Origin: an uncultured bacterium | GTDB taxonomy: Bacteria > Verrucomicrobiota > Verrucomicrobiia > Verrucomicrobiales > DEV007 | NCBI GenBank assembly: GCA_963977015.1 | Contig: CAXBMO010000037.1 | Coordinates: 1 to 42,984, forward strand | Length of the DNA stretch: 42,984 nt | Direction: 5' to 3' | In this document: one piece after another, positions 24,455-33,421 of the stretch | How positions within the stretch are numbered: position 1 is the stretch's first letter | Layout: each line of letters begins with the position of its first letter | The notes under the pieces: generated by a model | Told to the model about the DNA's origin: nothing | Database searches by the model: none | Seen by the model: the letters and a program-made list of their open reading frames with translations, nothing else | Position numbers and translations under genes: made by a program

Positions 24455-25504
24455 TCAATCGACGCGTAGTGCGGCCGGAAACATGACGACTTTTGCCCGG
24501 GTGGTCGTGCGCAGTTGTTGATTGAGAAGCTGGTCAAGCGCGTGGGCGCGCCATTCATTTTCCAGGAGCGCTTTCACCTCATTCTGAATGTCAGTGAGCT
24601 GAAGATGGTGTTGGTCCATTTTCTCGGTCACCTGGACGATGTGCCAGCCCAACTTTGTTTGGAACGGCGGGCTGATGTCATTCTGCGCAAGCTTTGCTAC
24701 GGCCTCCCAAAAATCGGACGGCATCCGGTTGCGGCTGAAATAGCCGAGATCACCACCCACCCGTTTGGTTCGTTCGTCTTCGGAGAAATCCGCAGCGAGT
24801 TGCTCGAAGGTGGCGGTTCGATCCTCGAGTTGAGCGAAAAGCTCTCGAACTTGGATCTCCTTCTCGGGGGTGTTCTGGACTGCCGTGCTGATAAAAATGT
24901 GCCTGGCCCGAATCACTTCAGGGTTGGTGAGGAAGTCTTGATTGAGCTCATACCACGCTTCGGCATCGGATTGCTGGACCGTCGTTGCCTGCTTGATTTT
25001 CTCCTCCAGCCACAACTGCTGTTTCAGATGGAGCGTCAGCAGTCGCCGCAACTCTGCCTGGCTTAAATCCTGGCTTGCACACATCTTTTTGAGTTCGCCC
25101 GGTGCAAAATGGGACTCAAATTCCGCGACGCGTGTTTCGACGACGCCCGGATCCAATTCGACCGGGAAAACGCGAGACCATTGGCGAATCAACTCGTTGC
25201 TGATCATCTCATCGAGAACCGCCAGTTGCGCGATCTTCAGATTCTTGGGAGGAAGATCGGATCGGACTTTGCCTCTTCTCGCCAGATGGAGATCAAGTGC
25301 CAGATTCAGCTGCGGCTTGGTGATAGGCTCTCCGCCAACGGTGCAGGCCCAATTTTGTTCCCGGCCAATTTTCTGAATGTTCTCGCTACCGGTAAAGCGA
25401 TCGTAAAGCGGCCCCTGAAGGCTCAAATCCGCCACGAGGTAGATTCCCGCCATCGCCCAAAGAATCAGGCGAATCGGAACTTTCTCCAGATCATAAAGGG
25501 TCAC
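24455..25504 (-). CDS. Parvulin-type peptidyl-prolyl cis-trans isomerase (SurA/PrsA-like)
   Basis: N-terminal TM anchor, SurA_N-like helical region (VGGEPIT), rotamase motifs IRARHIFI, FEQLAADFSED, GGDLGYF, TKLGWHIVQV; start overlaps the metF stop (ATGA). Confidence 0.9.
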   Translation of the reverse strand: MTLYDLEKVPIRLILWAMAGIYLVADLSLQGPLYDRFTGSENIQKIGREQNWACTVGGEPITKPQLNLALDLHLARRGKVRSDLPPKNLKIAQLAVLDEMISNELIRQWSRVFPVELDPGVVETRVAEFESHFAPGELKKMCASQDLSQAELRRLLTLHLKQQLWLEEKIKQATTVQQSDAEAWYELNQDFLTNPEVIRARHIFISTAVQNTPEKEIQVRELFAQLEDRTATFEQLAADFSEDERTKRVGGDLGYFSRNRMPSDFWEAVAKLAQNDISPPFQTKLGWHIVQVTEKMDQHHLQLTDIQNEVKALLENEWRAHALDQLLNQQLRTTTRAKVVMFPAALRVD

Positions 25505-26421
25505 AGAGTCATCAGAGATTCGGTATTTGCCAATCCCAGGTTCGCGTAGATTTCCCGTGTGGCGGTCGACTTGTTGAGCGTGTAAAAATGAATGCCATCG
25601 ATGTCGTTATCGAGAAGATCACGACATTGTTCGGTTGCGTAGTGGATTCCGACGCGCTCGACTGCTTCTGCCGTATCGTCTGCGCGATTGAGCGCTCGAA
25701 GCAGCTTGGCTGGAAATTTGGCTCCGGCGGCGAGTTCCGCCATTCTGCTCATTCCCTTGGTGCTGGTGATCGGCATGATTCCCGCGACGATCGGCACATT
25801 GATTCCCACCAATCGACAGCGTTCCCTGAAATCGTAGAAATCGTGGTTGTCGAAAAACAGCTGGGTGCAGATGTAATCAGCTCCGGCGTCGACCTTGGCT
25901 TTGAGGTAGTCGAGCTCGAGCAATCGGTTTGGAGTTGTCGGGTGTCCTTCCGGAAATCCCGCCACGCCAATTCCAAACCCTTGAGGATCTGGGTGATTTT
26001 TAGATTCGTTGAATTTCTTGATGAATGAAACGAGGTCCGCAGCATGTTGGAACGCGTCATTTGATCGATCGTAGTCGCCCTTTTCGCGGGGTGGGTCACC
26101 ACCCAAGGCAAGGATGTTGCTGACTCCGGCGGCCGCGTATCGCTCCAAAATTTCCTGGATCTCAGCCTCCTGATGGCAGACACAGGTCAGGTGCGGAATC
26201 GGGTTGAGAGTCGTTTCCGTTTTGAGGCGCACCACGAGTTCGTGAGTCAAATCCCTAGTCGTGCCACCTGCGCCATAGGTCACACTGACGAAAGATGGCT
26301 TGTAGAGTTCGAGCTCGGCAATGGTTTTATAAAGCGCCTCAGAGGCTTGCTCAGTTTTGGGCGGAAAGAACTCAAAACTGAGGGTTGGGCGATGCTGTTC
26401 TAAGATACGGCTGATGTGCAT
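25501..26421 (-). CDS. metF: 5,10-methylenetetrahydrofolate reductase
   Basis: SFEFFPPK, FVSVTYGAGG, PHLTC, LALGGDPP, AGFPEGHP, KVDAGADYICTQLFFD, HFYTLN. Confidence 0.97.
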   Translation of the reverse strand: MHISRILEQHRPTLSFEFFPPKTEQASEALYKTIAELELYKPSFVSVTYGAGGTTRDLTHELVVRLKTETTLNPIPHLTCVCHQEAEIQEILERYAAAGVSNILALGGDPPREKGDYDRSNDAFQHAADLVSFIKKFNESKNHPDPQGFGIGVAGFPEGHPTTPNRLLELDYLKAKVDAGADYICTQLFFDNHDFYDFRERCRLVGINVPIVAGIMPITSTKGMSRMAELAAGAKFPAKLLRALNRADDTAEAVERVGIHYATEQCRDLLDNDIDGIHFYTLNKSTATREIYANLGLANTESLMTL

Positions 26422-26524
26422 GTTTTCGGGTGACTAACGAATAACTAATCAAAAAAAGTCGTCCTCGATAGTAGGTAATTCACAATTCTTTCACAAATTT
26501 TACCCTTTGGAGGAGGTGCTGACG

Positions 26525-26552
26525 TTGACAGAGACCGGTTGCTCGGTAGCGT
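26525..26552 (+). promoter_or_regulatory. Candidate sigma70-type promoter for the 26594 ORF
   Basis: Perfect TTGACA (26525-26530), a 16-bp spacer and TAGCGT (26547-26552) in the divergent metF intergenic region. Confidence 0.4.
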
Positions 26553-26593
26553 TAGATTGCCACTGAGAAAACCATCTAAAATCCCAAGTAGGT

Positions 26594-27022
26594 ATGGCAT
26601 CCGAAAATCTTCAGTTGAAAAATTCCTGTGCTGATCATCACGAAGAGATCAGTTCGCCAGTGCTTCGCGTATTGCAAGTAAACGATCGAGGCATGGTTTT
26701 TGAATCTCGAAATGACTTCGAAATTGGGGATATTATCGAGTTGGGTTTTCATGTGAAATACTTCGCTGGGCCAAACCAACCTGAAGGCCGAGTGGAGAGA
26801 ACCGAGTTCATCACGGCCCATGGTGTGATTGTCAGCAGTATGCTTTGTGCTTCTGCAGACGGAAATCTTGTTCATGAAGTCGCCATGCTTTTTCATGAAA
26901 TGGATCGAAGAGACAGCCGTGCGCTACGTCGGTTTACCGAGATGGAAGGGCAGCGGAAAAGTCTAGGTCAAGAGCACGGCCCGGAAGAGGATGCCGTTTC
27001 GGGCATGATCGGGATGAACTAG
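26594..27022 (+). CDS. Hypothetical protein, possibly a degenerate PilZ-like beta-barrel
   Basis: 142-aa ORF divergent from metF; the VLQVNDRGMVFES..FEIGDIIEL..AHGVIV..EVAMLF pattern resembles a PilZ barrel, but RxxxR is absent. Confidence 0.65.
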   Translation: MASENLQLKNSCADHHEEISSPVLRVLQVNDRGMVFESRNDFEIGDIIELGFHVKYFAGPNQPEGRVERTEFITAHGVIVSSMLCASADGNLVHEVAMLFHEMDRRDSRALRRFTEMEGQRKSLGQEHGPEEDAVSGMIGMN

Positions 27023-27224
27023 GGAGCGATTGAAAATGATGACGGACGCGCAAGTTGTTCCTCTTTTTTGAAGATTGGCTTCGCATGATCTTGAGATGCG
27101 GCGCTTTTCCCGACTGGAAATGCTGTTCGGGGCTTTGTGAGAAGGCTCATCGCCGCCCCGAGCCATCATTCCCAGTCGACAAAATCACTCGCAGCGCGTC
27201 TCGACCTCATTTTCAAACACTCCA
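27022..27224. mobile_element. MITE-like non-autonomous element (~200 bp) with imperfect terminal inverted repeats, flanked by TA
   Basis: Left CTAGGGAGCGATTGAAAATGA (27019-27039) versus reverse complement of the right end CTATGGAGTGTTTGAAAATGA (27207-27227): 18/21 identical. Nested internal hairpins; no transposase. Confidence 0.65.
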
Positions 27225-27256
27225 TAGGCCTTTCGGGCGTGCCCAAAGGTGCGGCG

Positions 27257-27667
27257 TTACCCGCCGGCCGAAATGACGTAGATCCAGTTTCCGAGGAGCG
27301 CGAATCCTAAAACGGTCCACGCCAGATTCTGGCAAGGCTTCGATATCGCAGGAGTAGGAAGCCGCCCCAGAATTCCTGCCATCGCGCTCCAGCTTGCGAC
27401 CGCTGCCGCCAAAACAACGGCAAAGGGATTGAACTGAATTGCTTTGCCGATCTGGCCGTGACTGAGTGCCAATGCCGCTCGTGTTCCTCTGCAACCCAAG
27501 CATGGAATCCCTGTCCAGATTTTGAGAGTGCAGGTTGTCGGTCGATTCGAGATCGATCGCTCGATTGCAGGCACGCAATTGACAAGGATTATTCCGATGA
27601 CCATCAACGAGAGGGCGATGAGGGCGACCCTTCGGGTGGATGACGAAACCTTGCCCCACCTGATCAT
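27257..27667 (-). CDS. DUF2752-like membrane protein
   Basis: CTLKIWTGIPCLGCRGTRA..ALSHG..AIQFNPF matches the DUF2752 pattern (C..TG..CPGCG.TR...NP); ATG27667 overlaps the cysQ TAA (TAATG). Confidence 0.8.
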   Translation of the reverse strand: MIRWGKVSSSTRRVALIALSLMVIGIILVNCVPAIERSISNRPTTCTLKIWTGIPCLGCRGTRAALALSHGQIGKAIQFNPFAVVLAAAVASWSAMAGILGRLPTPAISKPCQNLAWTVLGFALLGNWIYVISAGG

Positions 27668-28437
27668 TATTCCACGATGAACCAGGGATTCAGAAGATTT
27701 TCCTTGTTGTATTGCAGCGGTGATCCGGTTTCCCGATTGTTGACCTGACGGCCTGCCTCCAGACATACGGCGTGTGCCGCGCCGGTATCCCATTCCATGG
27801 TTGGCGCAAAACGGGGATACACATCAGCCGAACCTTCGGCGACAAGGCAGAGTTTAAGTGAGCTGCCGGAAGAAGTGAGTTCGATCTCTTTGCCTTGAGA
27901 CCGGAGTTCTTCAACAAACTGCTCGGTTTCCGGCGACATGTGCGAGCGGCTGGCAACGATTTTTACCGGATTCTGATCCTGGAAATGCTTCCCGCCTTCT
28001 AACTTTTCAGGTTCACCACCATCGTCAACTTTGAAGGCTCCGATTGATTTTTGGGCATAGAACAAGCGGTTTGCAGCCGGTTGAAAGACAACACCCAAAA
28101 CAGGCACACCGTCTTCGACCAACGCGATGTTTACGGTGAATTCTCCATTCTTCTTGATGAATTCCTTGGTTCCATCAAGAGGATCAATCAGCCAGAATTG
28201 CCCCCAATCTTTCCGCTCCTCGTAGGGGAGGGCCTTCGATTCCTCCGTAATGAACGGGATATCCGGGTAGTTGCTTTGCAATCCTTCAAGGATCACTTCA
28301 TTGGCTCGCTTGTCTGCCTCGGTCAGAGGGGAGCGATCTTCCTTCTCTTCGATCGTAAACTCGCGCTCATAGATCTTCAGAATTTCCTCACCCGCCTTTC
28401 GAGCGATTTGAATCACAACTTGGATGTCAATTTCCAT
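27667..28437 (-). CDS. cysQ: 3'(2'),5'-bisphosphate nucleotidase CysQ
   Basis: SPLTEAD, FWLIDPLDGTKEFIKKNGEFTVNIAL, VASRSH, GSSLKLCLVAEGSADVYPRFAPTMEWDTGA, YNKENLLNPWF; GGAGG RBS upstream of ATG28437. Confidence 0.96.
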   Translation of the reverse strand: MEIDIQVVIQIARKAGEEILKIYEREFTIEEKEDRSPLTEADKRANEVILEGLQSNYPDIPFITEESKALPYEERKDWGQFWLIDPLDGTKEFIKKNGEFTVNIALVEDGVPVLGVVFQPAANRLFYAQKSIGAFKVDDGGEPEKLEGGKHFQDQNPVKIVASRSHMSPETEQFVEELRSQGKEIELTSSGSSLKLCLVAEGSADVYPRFAPTMEWDTGAAHAVCLEAGRQVNNRETGSPLQYNKENLLNPWFIVE

Positions 28438-28472
28438 AGCCTCCACCAAAGCCAAGTCTTACCATTGAGCAA

Positions 28473-31043
28473 CTACTTGATGCGTTTCAACTGACTCATC
28501 GTCCACTCCTGCCCTGAACTCGCCTCCAAATCTTTCGGCTGCAGTTTCAGAACCTTTCCCCATGCATCCTTGGCGAGTGCATAAAGGGACTTGGCCTTCT
28601 TCTTATCTCCCAGTTTCTCCCAAACGTAACCGGCGTTGCCGAGCGACTTCGCGATCACGGTAAGATATCGTTCATTTGTCGGCTCCTTCTCCAACAGCCC
28701 GGAAATGGTCGCGACCGATTCATCAAAAATAGCGGCCGCTTCTTTGAACGCTTCCCGGTCCGTAAGAACTTGTGCCAGTTCGGCTTGTTGCCGGGCCAAA
28801 TTGAAATTGTAGCGTCGAATTCCCGGCTCTTTCGCCACGAGCTTTTCGAATTCAGCAATTGCCATTTTGTTGAGCTTAAACGCTTCTTCCGGTTGTCCTT
28901 CGTCGCGCTGCATTTCTGCTAGTCGACCGTAGTTGTAGGCCAGTTCAAAGCGATACCGATGGTCATTCGGATTCAGCGACACAATTCGATTTAAGAGTTC
29001 CAGTGCTCCGAGAACCTTGGATTTATCCTGAGTAATTTCGCCTTCCTGGTTCAGGCAGACCGCCAAGTAATACTGATAATCCTCAATCTGATCATTGCTT
29101 ACCACCAACTGTGCGAAGAATTCCTTCGCATTTTGATACATCTGCCGAGCGGCATCAGGCTTCTTCTTGTCTTTTCGGAGCAGGTATCCAATATCGCAGA
29201 AGGCTTTCCCGAGAAGGTATTTGTAATCATCAGAGTTGGGATTTTTGGCACGTAGATCGACCAACGAATCGGCGATAATGCCGAGCTCCCGCAGCGCTCC
29301 TCCAAAGTCCTCGCGCTCGCGTTTGATCTCTGTTGAAATCAGCCGGTTTTGGACCAACTCGAAGGAAGCTCTCTCGTTCTCTCCTCCGCTGTGGCTGATC
29401 TGTTTTCGAAACCGTTCCGAAGACCGGTCGAGCGCGACTTCGGCTCCATCAGCGTTTCCGCGCAGGAGTTCCATTTCCGCGATGCTTCTCTCAATCAGCG
29501 CAGTTTCGCCGATCAGACGAGCTTTCTCCGAAGTCGAGACTTCCAAGGCATCAAATGCATTTCGGGCCAGAACCAAATCCTGGATGGCTTCGCTGAGCCG
29601 GCCTTGAGACTTTTTGATTTCGCCGACGAATTGATGAGCCCGGGCGACTTCTGATTTGAAACCAGGATCGTTGGCGTATTTGCGGCGGAAGTCCTCAAAA
29701 TAGACCAAGGCCTCTTTCATCCGTTCCCGCCGGACCGGCTGGAAATCCTCAAAATCGACGTCCTTCGCAAGCAAAATCATGTCGAAGAAACGATCCGCGT
29801 TCGCGTGCGAAAACGTCAACATGCCTCTCGCGTCACGCATCTTGGCCTCGGCTGCGGACACTTCGGTGACCTTCGTTTCCTCGGCCTCGATCCGCATACT
29901 CTTCTCGTTGGCGATGATGCCTTCGTAGGCGGACTTCTGCTTTGCCAGTTCAGCTCTTCTCCGGGCGTCTTCCTGAAGCACTTTCGTCGCCTCAACCCCG
30001 AATTTCGCGAATCCAATGATCGCCCCAACGAGCAAGAGCATGGAAGACAGCAAGAAAATTCCCGTTGTTCCCAGCAGCGTCCGGATTTTGATCGTCTTGC
30101 CGCGGATCTGGGCTTTGTGCTGATCCTTGACGGATTGAAGATCCGCTTCATGGCGGATGTTCTCGAATGTTCTGGCGACTTCGCGGAGATCGACAGGGCG
30201 ATTGGTGGGTTCAAGATCGAGGCAGCGATCGACAACATCGCGAAGTCTCGCTTCGTATTCGTTTTTTGGCTTGGTTGGCCAAGTGACGACGGGTTCTTTC
30301 TGGAGGTCTTCGACCACCTCGGCAGGATTCTCCTGCTGAAAAACGGAATTGGGATTGTTCCGGTTTCGCTTTCGTTGGTCGGAAAGATACTTGCGATAGC
30401 GATCTCCCAATCGTGGAAGTTGCCCGGTCAGTAATTGGAAGGCGACGACACCAAAGCTGTAGACATCCCACCGCTTTCCTTTGCCATGAGAAAAGTCGCC
30501 ATTGGCCAGCTGTTCAGGACTCGCGTAGAAGCCGCTTCGCCCCATTTCGTAATAGTGCAGTCCTCCCACGAGGCCTTGGCCGAAATCGCTGAGCTTTAGA
30601 CGAAAGCCAATTCCCTCATCGTCTTGTTCGATAAAAATGTTGCTGGGCTTGACGCTGGTATGGACCAGGTCGTTTTTGTGGAGGAAGGCAAGCGCGTCGA
30701 TCAGCTGTTCGATGAGTCGCCATGCCTTGTCAGGGCGCAGCTTGCCCATGAGGGCCTCCATGGTTGCCGGAGCCCCACGGCCATCGACTCCGAAATAGTG
30801 GGTTGTGTAAAAGTAGGGAGCCTGACTCAGGTTGTAGGTGTAAATCGGCACCAGACCAGGATGGTCCAATCCCGCCGTTGTCGTGAGCGAATGGGACAGC
30901 AATCCCGCATTGATTGCCAGTCCGTTTAGAATTTTGACGGCGCGGTAGTCGCCTTCCTGATGGCGGCAACGATAGACGGCACCACAGCCGCCTTCACCGA
31001 TCAGTTCTTCGAATTCGTAGCCTGGGATGTGTGGCAGGTTCAT
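28473..31043 (-). CDS. Ser/Thr kinase-fold protein (probable pseudokinase) with TM helix, coiled coil and TPR region
   Basis: IGEGGCGAVY, AVKIL, HTSVKPSN, DFG, YASPEQ, DVYSFGV, C-lobe RP; TM LLGTTGIFLLSSMLLLVGAIIGF; C-terminal TPR-like repeats (YRFELAYNYGRLA..., EEAFKL..AIAEFEKLV). Confidence 0.88.
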   Translation of the reverse strand: MNLPHIPGYEFEELIGEGGCGAVYRCRHQEGDYRAVKILNGLAINAGLLSHSLTTTAGLDHPGLVPIYTYNLSQAPYFYTTHYFGVDGRGAPATMEALMGKLRPDKAWRLIEQLIDALAFLHKNDLVHTSVKPSNIFIEQDDEGIGFRLKLSDFGQGLVGGLHYYEMGRSGFYASPEQLANGDFSHGKGKRWDVYSFGVVAFQLLTGQLPRLGDRYRKYLSDQRKRNRNNPNSVFQQENPAEVVEDLQKEPVVTWPTKPKNEYEARLRDVVDRCLDLEPTNRPVDLREVARTFENIRHEADLQSVKDQHKAQIRGKTIKIRTLLGTTGIFLLSSMLLLVGAIIGFAKFGVEATKVLQEDARRRAELAKQKSAYEGIIANEKSMRIEAEETKVTEVSAAEAKMRDARGMLTFSHANADRFFDMILLAKDVDFEDFQPVRRERMKEALVYFEDFRRKYANDPGFKSEVARAHQFVGEIKKSQGRLSEAIQDLVLARNAFDALEVSTSEKARLIGETALIERSIAEMELLRGNADGAEVALDRSSERFRKQISHSGGENERASFELVQNRLISTEIKREREDFGGALRELGIIADSLVDLRAKNPNSDDYKYLLGKAFCDIGYLLRKDKKKPDAARQMYQNAKEFFAQLVVSNDQIEDYQYYLAVCLNQEGEITQDKSKVLGALELLNRIVSLNPNDHRYRFELAYNYGRLAEMQRDEGQPEEAFKLNKMAIAEFEKLVAKEPGIRRYNFNLARQQAELAQVLTDREAFKEAAAIFDESVATISGLLEKEPTNERYLTVIAKSLGNAGYVWEKLGDKKKAKSLYALAKDAWGKVLKLQPKDLEASSGQEWTMSQLKRIK

Positions 31044-31258
31044 CTAGCGACAACAGGGGTGTCTGAAAGCCGTTCCCCATTAGGCTTTTTGACGATTTCT
31101 ATCCTGTGAGCGTGGCGGCTGGTGGTCCCTATCATCGCGATATTTGAGGCATTCAAGAAGTAAGTAAAGAGATTTGGACTCTTGTACGACGTGAGGTCGA
31201 TTAGTGTATTCGAAAGTCGAAGGTTTGTAAAACGACGTTAGAATTCAAGACCTCAAAA

Positions 31259-31564
31259 CTAACCCTGGGAGCCAAGGTTTGCCTTCACCAATTCTTCCCA
31301 TTCCGCAGGAATCTCTGAGGGATCCCGCTTCGCCGGAACATTCGCACGGTGATACCAATAGGCGGCGTTTCCGGTGTCGCCCTCGATGAGGTGAAGGTGC
31401 GCATGGATCCATGACCCCATTTTGGAATGGATATCATTGACGACCTCGTGGGACTCATGCCACTGATCGTTTTTGGCGAGCCAGAGTGCCCGCAGCTCCG
31501 GGCTAAGCCCTTCGGGAGGGGACGGTTCTGTTTCGACACTCGCTGAGAACTCTTCAAAATTCAT
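31259..31564 (-). CDS. Conserved hypothetical small helical protein
   Basis: 101 aa with the pattern LRALW...WHESHE...WIHAHLHLIEGDTGNAAYWY, which I recognise as a widespread uncharacterised family. Confidence 0.8.
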   Translation of the reverse strand: MNFEEFSASVETEPSPPEGLSPELRALWLAKNDQWHESHEVVNDIHSKMGSWIHAHLHLIEGDTGNAAYWYHRANVPAKRDPSEIPAEWEELVKANLGSQG

Positions 31565-31724
31565 TGTCGCCTACTTCAGCACGGCATCGAGGGCTCGAAC
31601 AACCGAAAAATCCTACCCGTGGGATCTTTTCTGGCAATCAAAGGGGCTGGTGGCGGCCTTGAATCCGATTTGACCGGTTCGACGGCACGTCTATCGTCTA
31701 CTCCAAACCCCTAAACCCCTCGCA

Positions 31725-32771
31725 ATGACTCAACGTCGAAGCTTTCTTAAGTCCACAATTGTGGCCAGTCTGGGAGGCTCTGCCTTCAATATCATCGCAG
31801 ATACCAAAAAATCCGTAACGGTCGGGGAGGGGGAGTATGTCTACGAGTGCCATCATCATTGGGGACAGTTGCCCGAGGGGCATCACTATGGAGGTGCCTC
31901 TCATGGAACGGCAATTGATGCTGCGGGAATGATCTACATTTCTCATCAGGGCTCTCCGGGATCGGTTTTTGTTTTTGATCCCCAAGGCAGGTTTGTGAAA
32001 TCCCTCATTCCGGAACATGGCAAGCCGGGGGACAGCTCGTCTGGACATGGAATCGATATCCGAAGGGAGCATGATGGCCGGGAATACCTGTATCTTTCAC
32101 CCAGTGACTCAGCCATGGCCTTTACCAAAGCGACGCTGGATGGCGAAATCGTTTGGACTCGGGGGAAGGCTGATTTGGAGCAGGACTCGGGACAGAAACT
32201 GGCGAGATACCGTCCAACCAATGTGAGTTTCGCTCCTGACGGGAGTGTTTACCTGGGGGACGGCTATGGAAGCGGATTCATCTTTCGTTACACCTCAGGC
32301 GGTGAATACATGGGGATTTTTGGCGGAGGGGGAATCGAGGACGGGAAATTCAAAACCCCACACGGCCAATGGTTGGACATGAGGGATGGAACTCCAAAGA
32401 CGGTCGTCTGCGATCGAGCCAGCAAGCGCCTTCAATGGTTTGATCTCGAAGGGCAGCATCTCCGGACGATGGAAGGGTTTCTTTTTCCTGCAGACATCGA
32501 CATTCAGGGGGAACTGATGCTCGTTCCCGACTTACACGCTCGAATCACGATTCTTGATGGTAAGAACCAGGTTGTTGCGCAACTCGGAGACGATGAACCA
32601 TGGCGAAATCGGGTTTTGGACAAGACTGAAACGATGAGAGCAAAACCCGAAAAATGGTTGCCCGGTAGGTTTGTTCATCCCCACGACGCTTGTTTCGACC
32701 GGCAGGGGAATATCTTTGTGGCCGAATGGGTCGTGGGGGGACGCGTCACCAAACTGGCGCGGGTGAGCTAG
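31725..32771 (+). CDS. Tat-exported NHL-repeat beta-propeller protein (peptidyl-alpha-hydroxyglycine lyase-like)
   Basis: Twin-arginine signal TQRRSFLK; NHL blades PTNVSFAPDGSVYLGDGYG, GKFKTPHG, CDRASKRLQWF, GRFVHPHDACFDRQGNIFVAEW. Confidence 0.88.
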   Translation: MTQRRSFLKSTIVASLGGSAFNIIADTKKSVTVGEGEYVYECHHHWGQLPEGHHYGGASHGTAIDAAGMIYISHQGSPGSVFVFDPQGRFVKSLIPEHGKPGDSSSGHGIDIRREHDGREYLYLSPSDSAMAFTKATLDGEIVWTRGKADLEQDSGQKLARYRPTNVSFAPDGSVYLGDGYGSGFIFRYTSGGEYMGIFGGGGIEDGKFKTPHGQWLDMRDGTPKTVVCDRASKRLQWFDLEGQHLRTMEGFLFPADIDIQGELMLVPDLHARITILDGKNQVVAQLGDDEPWRNRVLDKTETMRAKPEKWLPGRFVHPHDACFDRQGNIFVAEWVVGGRVTKLARVS

Positions 32772-32790
32772 AATCAGGTCGATCCGTCCT

Positions 32791-33336
32791 TTAAGGATCG
32801 ATTTTGATCTTCGTTCCAGGCTTGATCAGCTTCCAGAGAATATCCATTTCGCTGTTGCTGATGGCGATACAGCCTTCGGTCCAATCGACCATCTTCATCA
32901 TTCCACCGGGAATCATGCTGAGATTGTTTGGCGAGCCGTGAATGTAGATATCACCGCCGGGGCTGACTCCCCGTCTGGCGGCTTGTGCCCTGTCGGCGGA
33001 GTTGGGGTAGGATACACGAATCGACTTGTAATATTTACTGCCCGAATTTTTTGAGGAGAGTGTGTAGGTTCCTTCTGGGGTGCGACCGTCACCTTCCTGT
33101 TTTTTGTGGCCAATCGGGTTGGAACCAAGAGCTATCGTGAATTCCGCGAGCTTCTTTCGCCCATCCATCACAATCAATTTCCGCTGGCCCTTCTTGACAA
33201 TCACCAAGCTTGCTGATCCCGCCAAAGAGTGATTCGGCATCGTCAACGCAGCCAAAGCCAAGGCGATCGTTACGAGTGCAAATCGGCGTGTTCGCTTCCT
33301 GGTTGATTTGTGAATGGATGTGGTTGGTTTGATCAC
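32791..33336 (-). CDS. L,D-transpeptidase (YkuD) family protein, YafK/DpaA-like short type
   Basis: KKQEGDGRTPEGTY, SYPNSAD, GGDIYIHG, WTEGCIA (catalytic His/Cys); signal or anchor helix FALVTIALALAAL. The start is uncertain: GTG33336 was chosen, but the ORF is open to 33444. Confidence 0.88.
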   Translation of the reverse strand: MIKPTTSIHKSTRKRTRRFALVTIALALAALTMPNHSLAGSASLVIVKKGQRKLIVMDGRKKLAEFTIALGSNPIGHKKQEGDGRTPEGTYTLSSKNSGSKYYKSIRVSYPNSADRAQAARRGVSPGGDIYIHGSPNNLSMIPGGMMKMVDWTEGCIAISNSEMDILWKLIKPGTKIKIDP

Positions 33337-33421
33337 GTTATGCGGGCTTGACGTAAATGGTCGAAGGCTGTCTTTCAAATTCGACGAATTTGCAGTCTGG
33401 TAGCTTCGGGAAAAAGGATTC

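Noticed and set aside
26422-26593. SAM/SAH riboswitch upstream of metF
   Set aside because: Only an isolated GCAACC is present on the minus strand; the SAM-I P1 AUC/GAU, kink-turn and GUGC elements and the SAH consensus were not found.
27085-27210. 6S RNA or SRP RNA interpretation of the long hairpin
   Set aside because: The core rod is only ~125 nt, lacks the SRP GGAA tetraloop/AGCAG motif and a 6S-like large central bubble, and is enclosed by IS-like terminal inverted repeats. A MITE is the better explanation; a cmscan would settle it.
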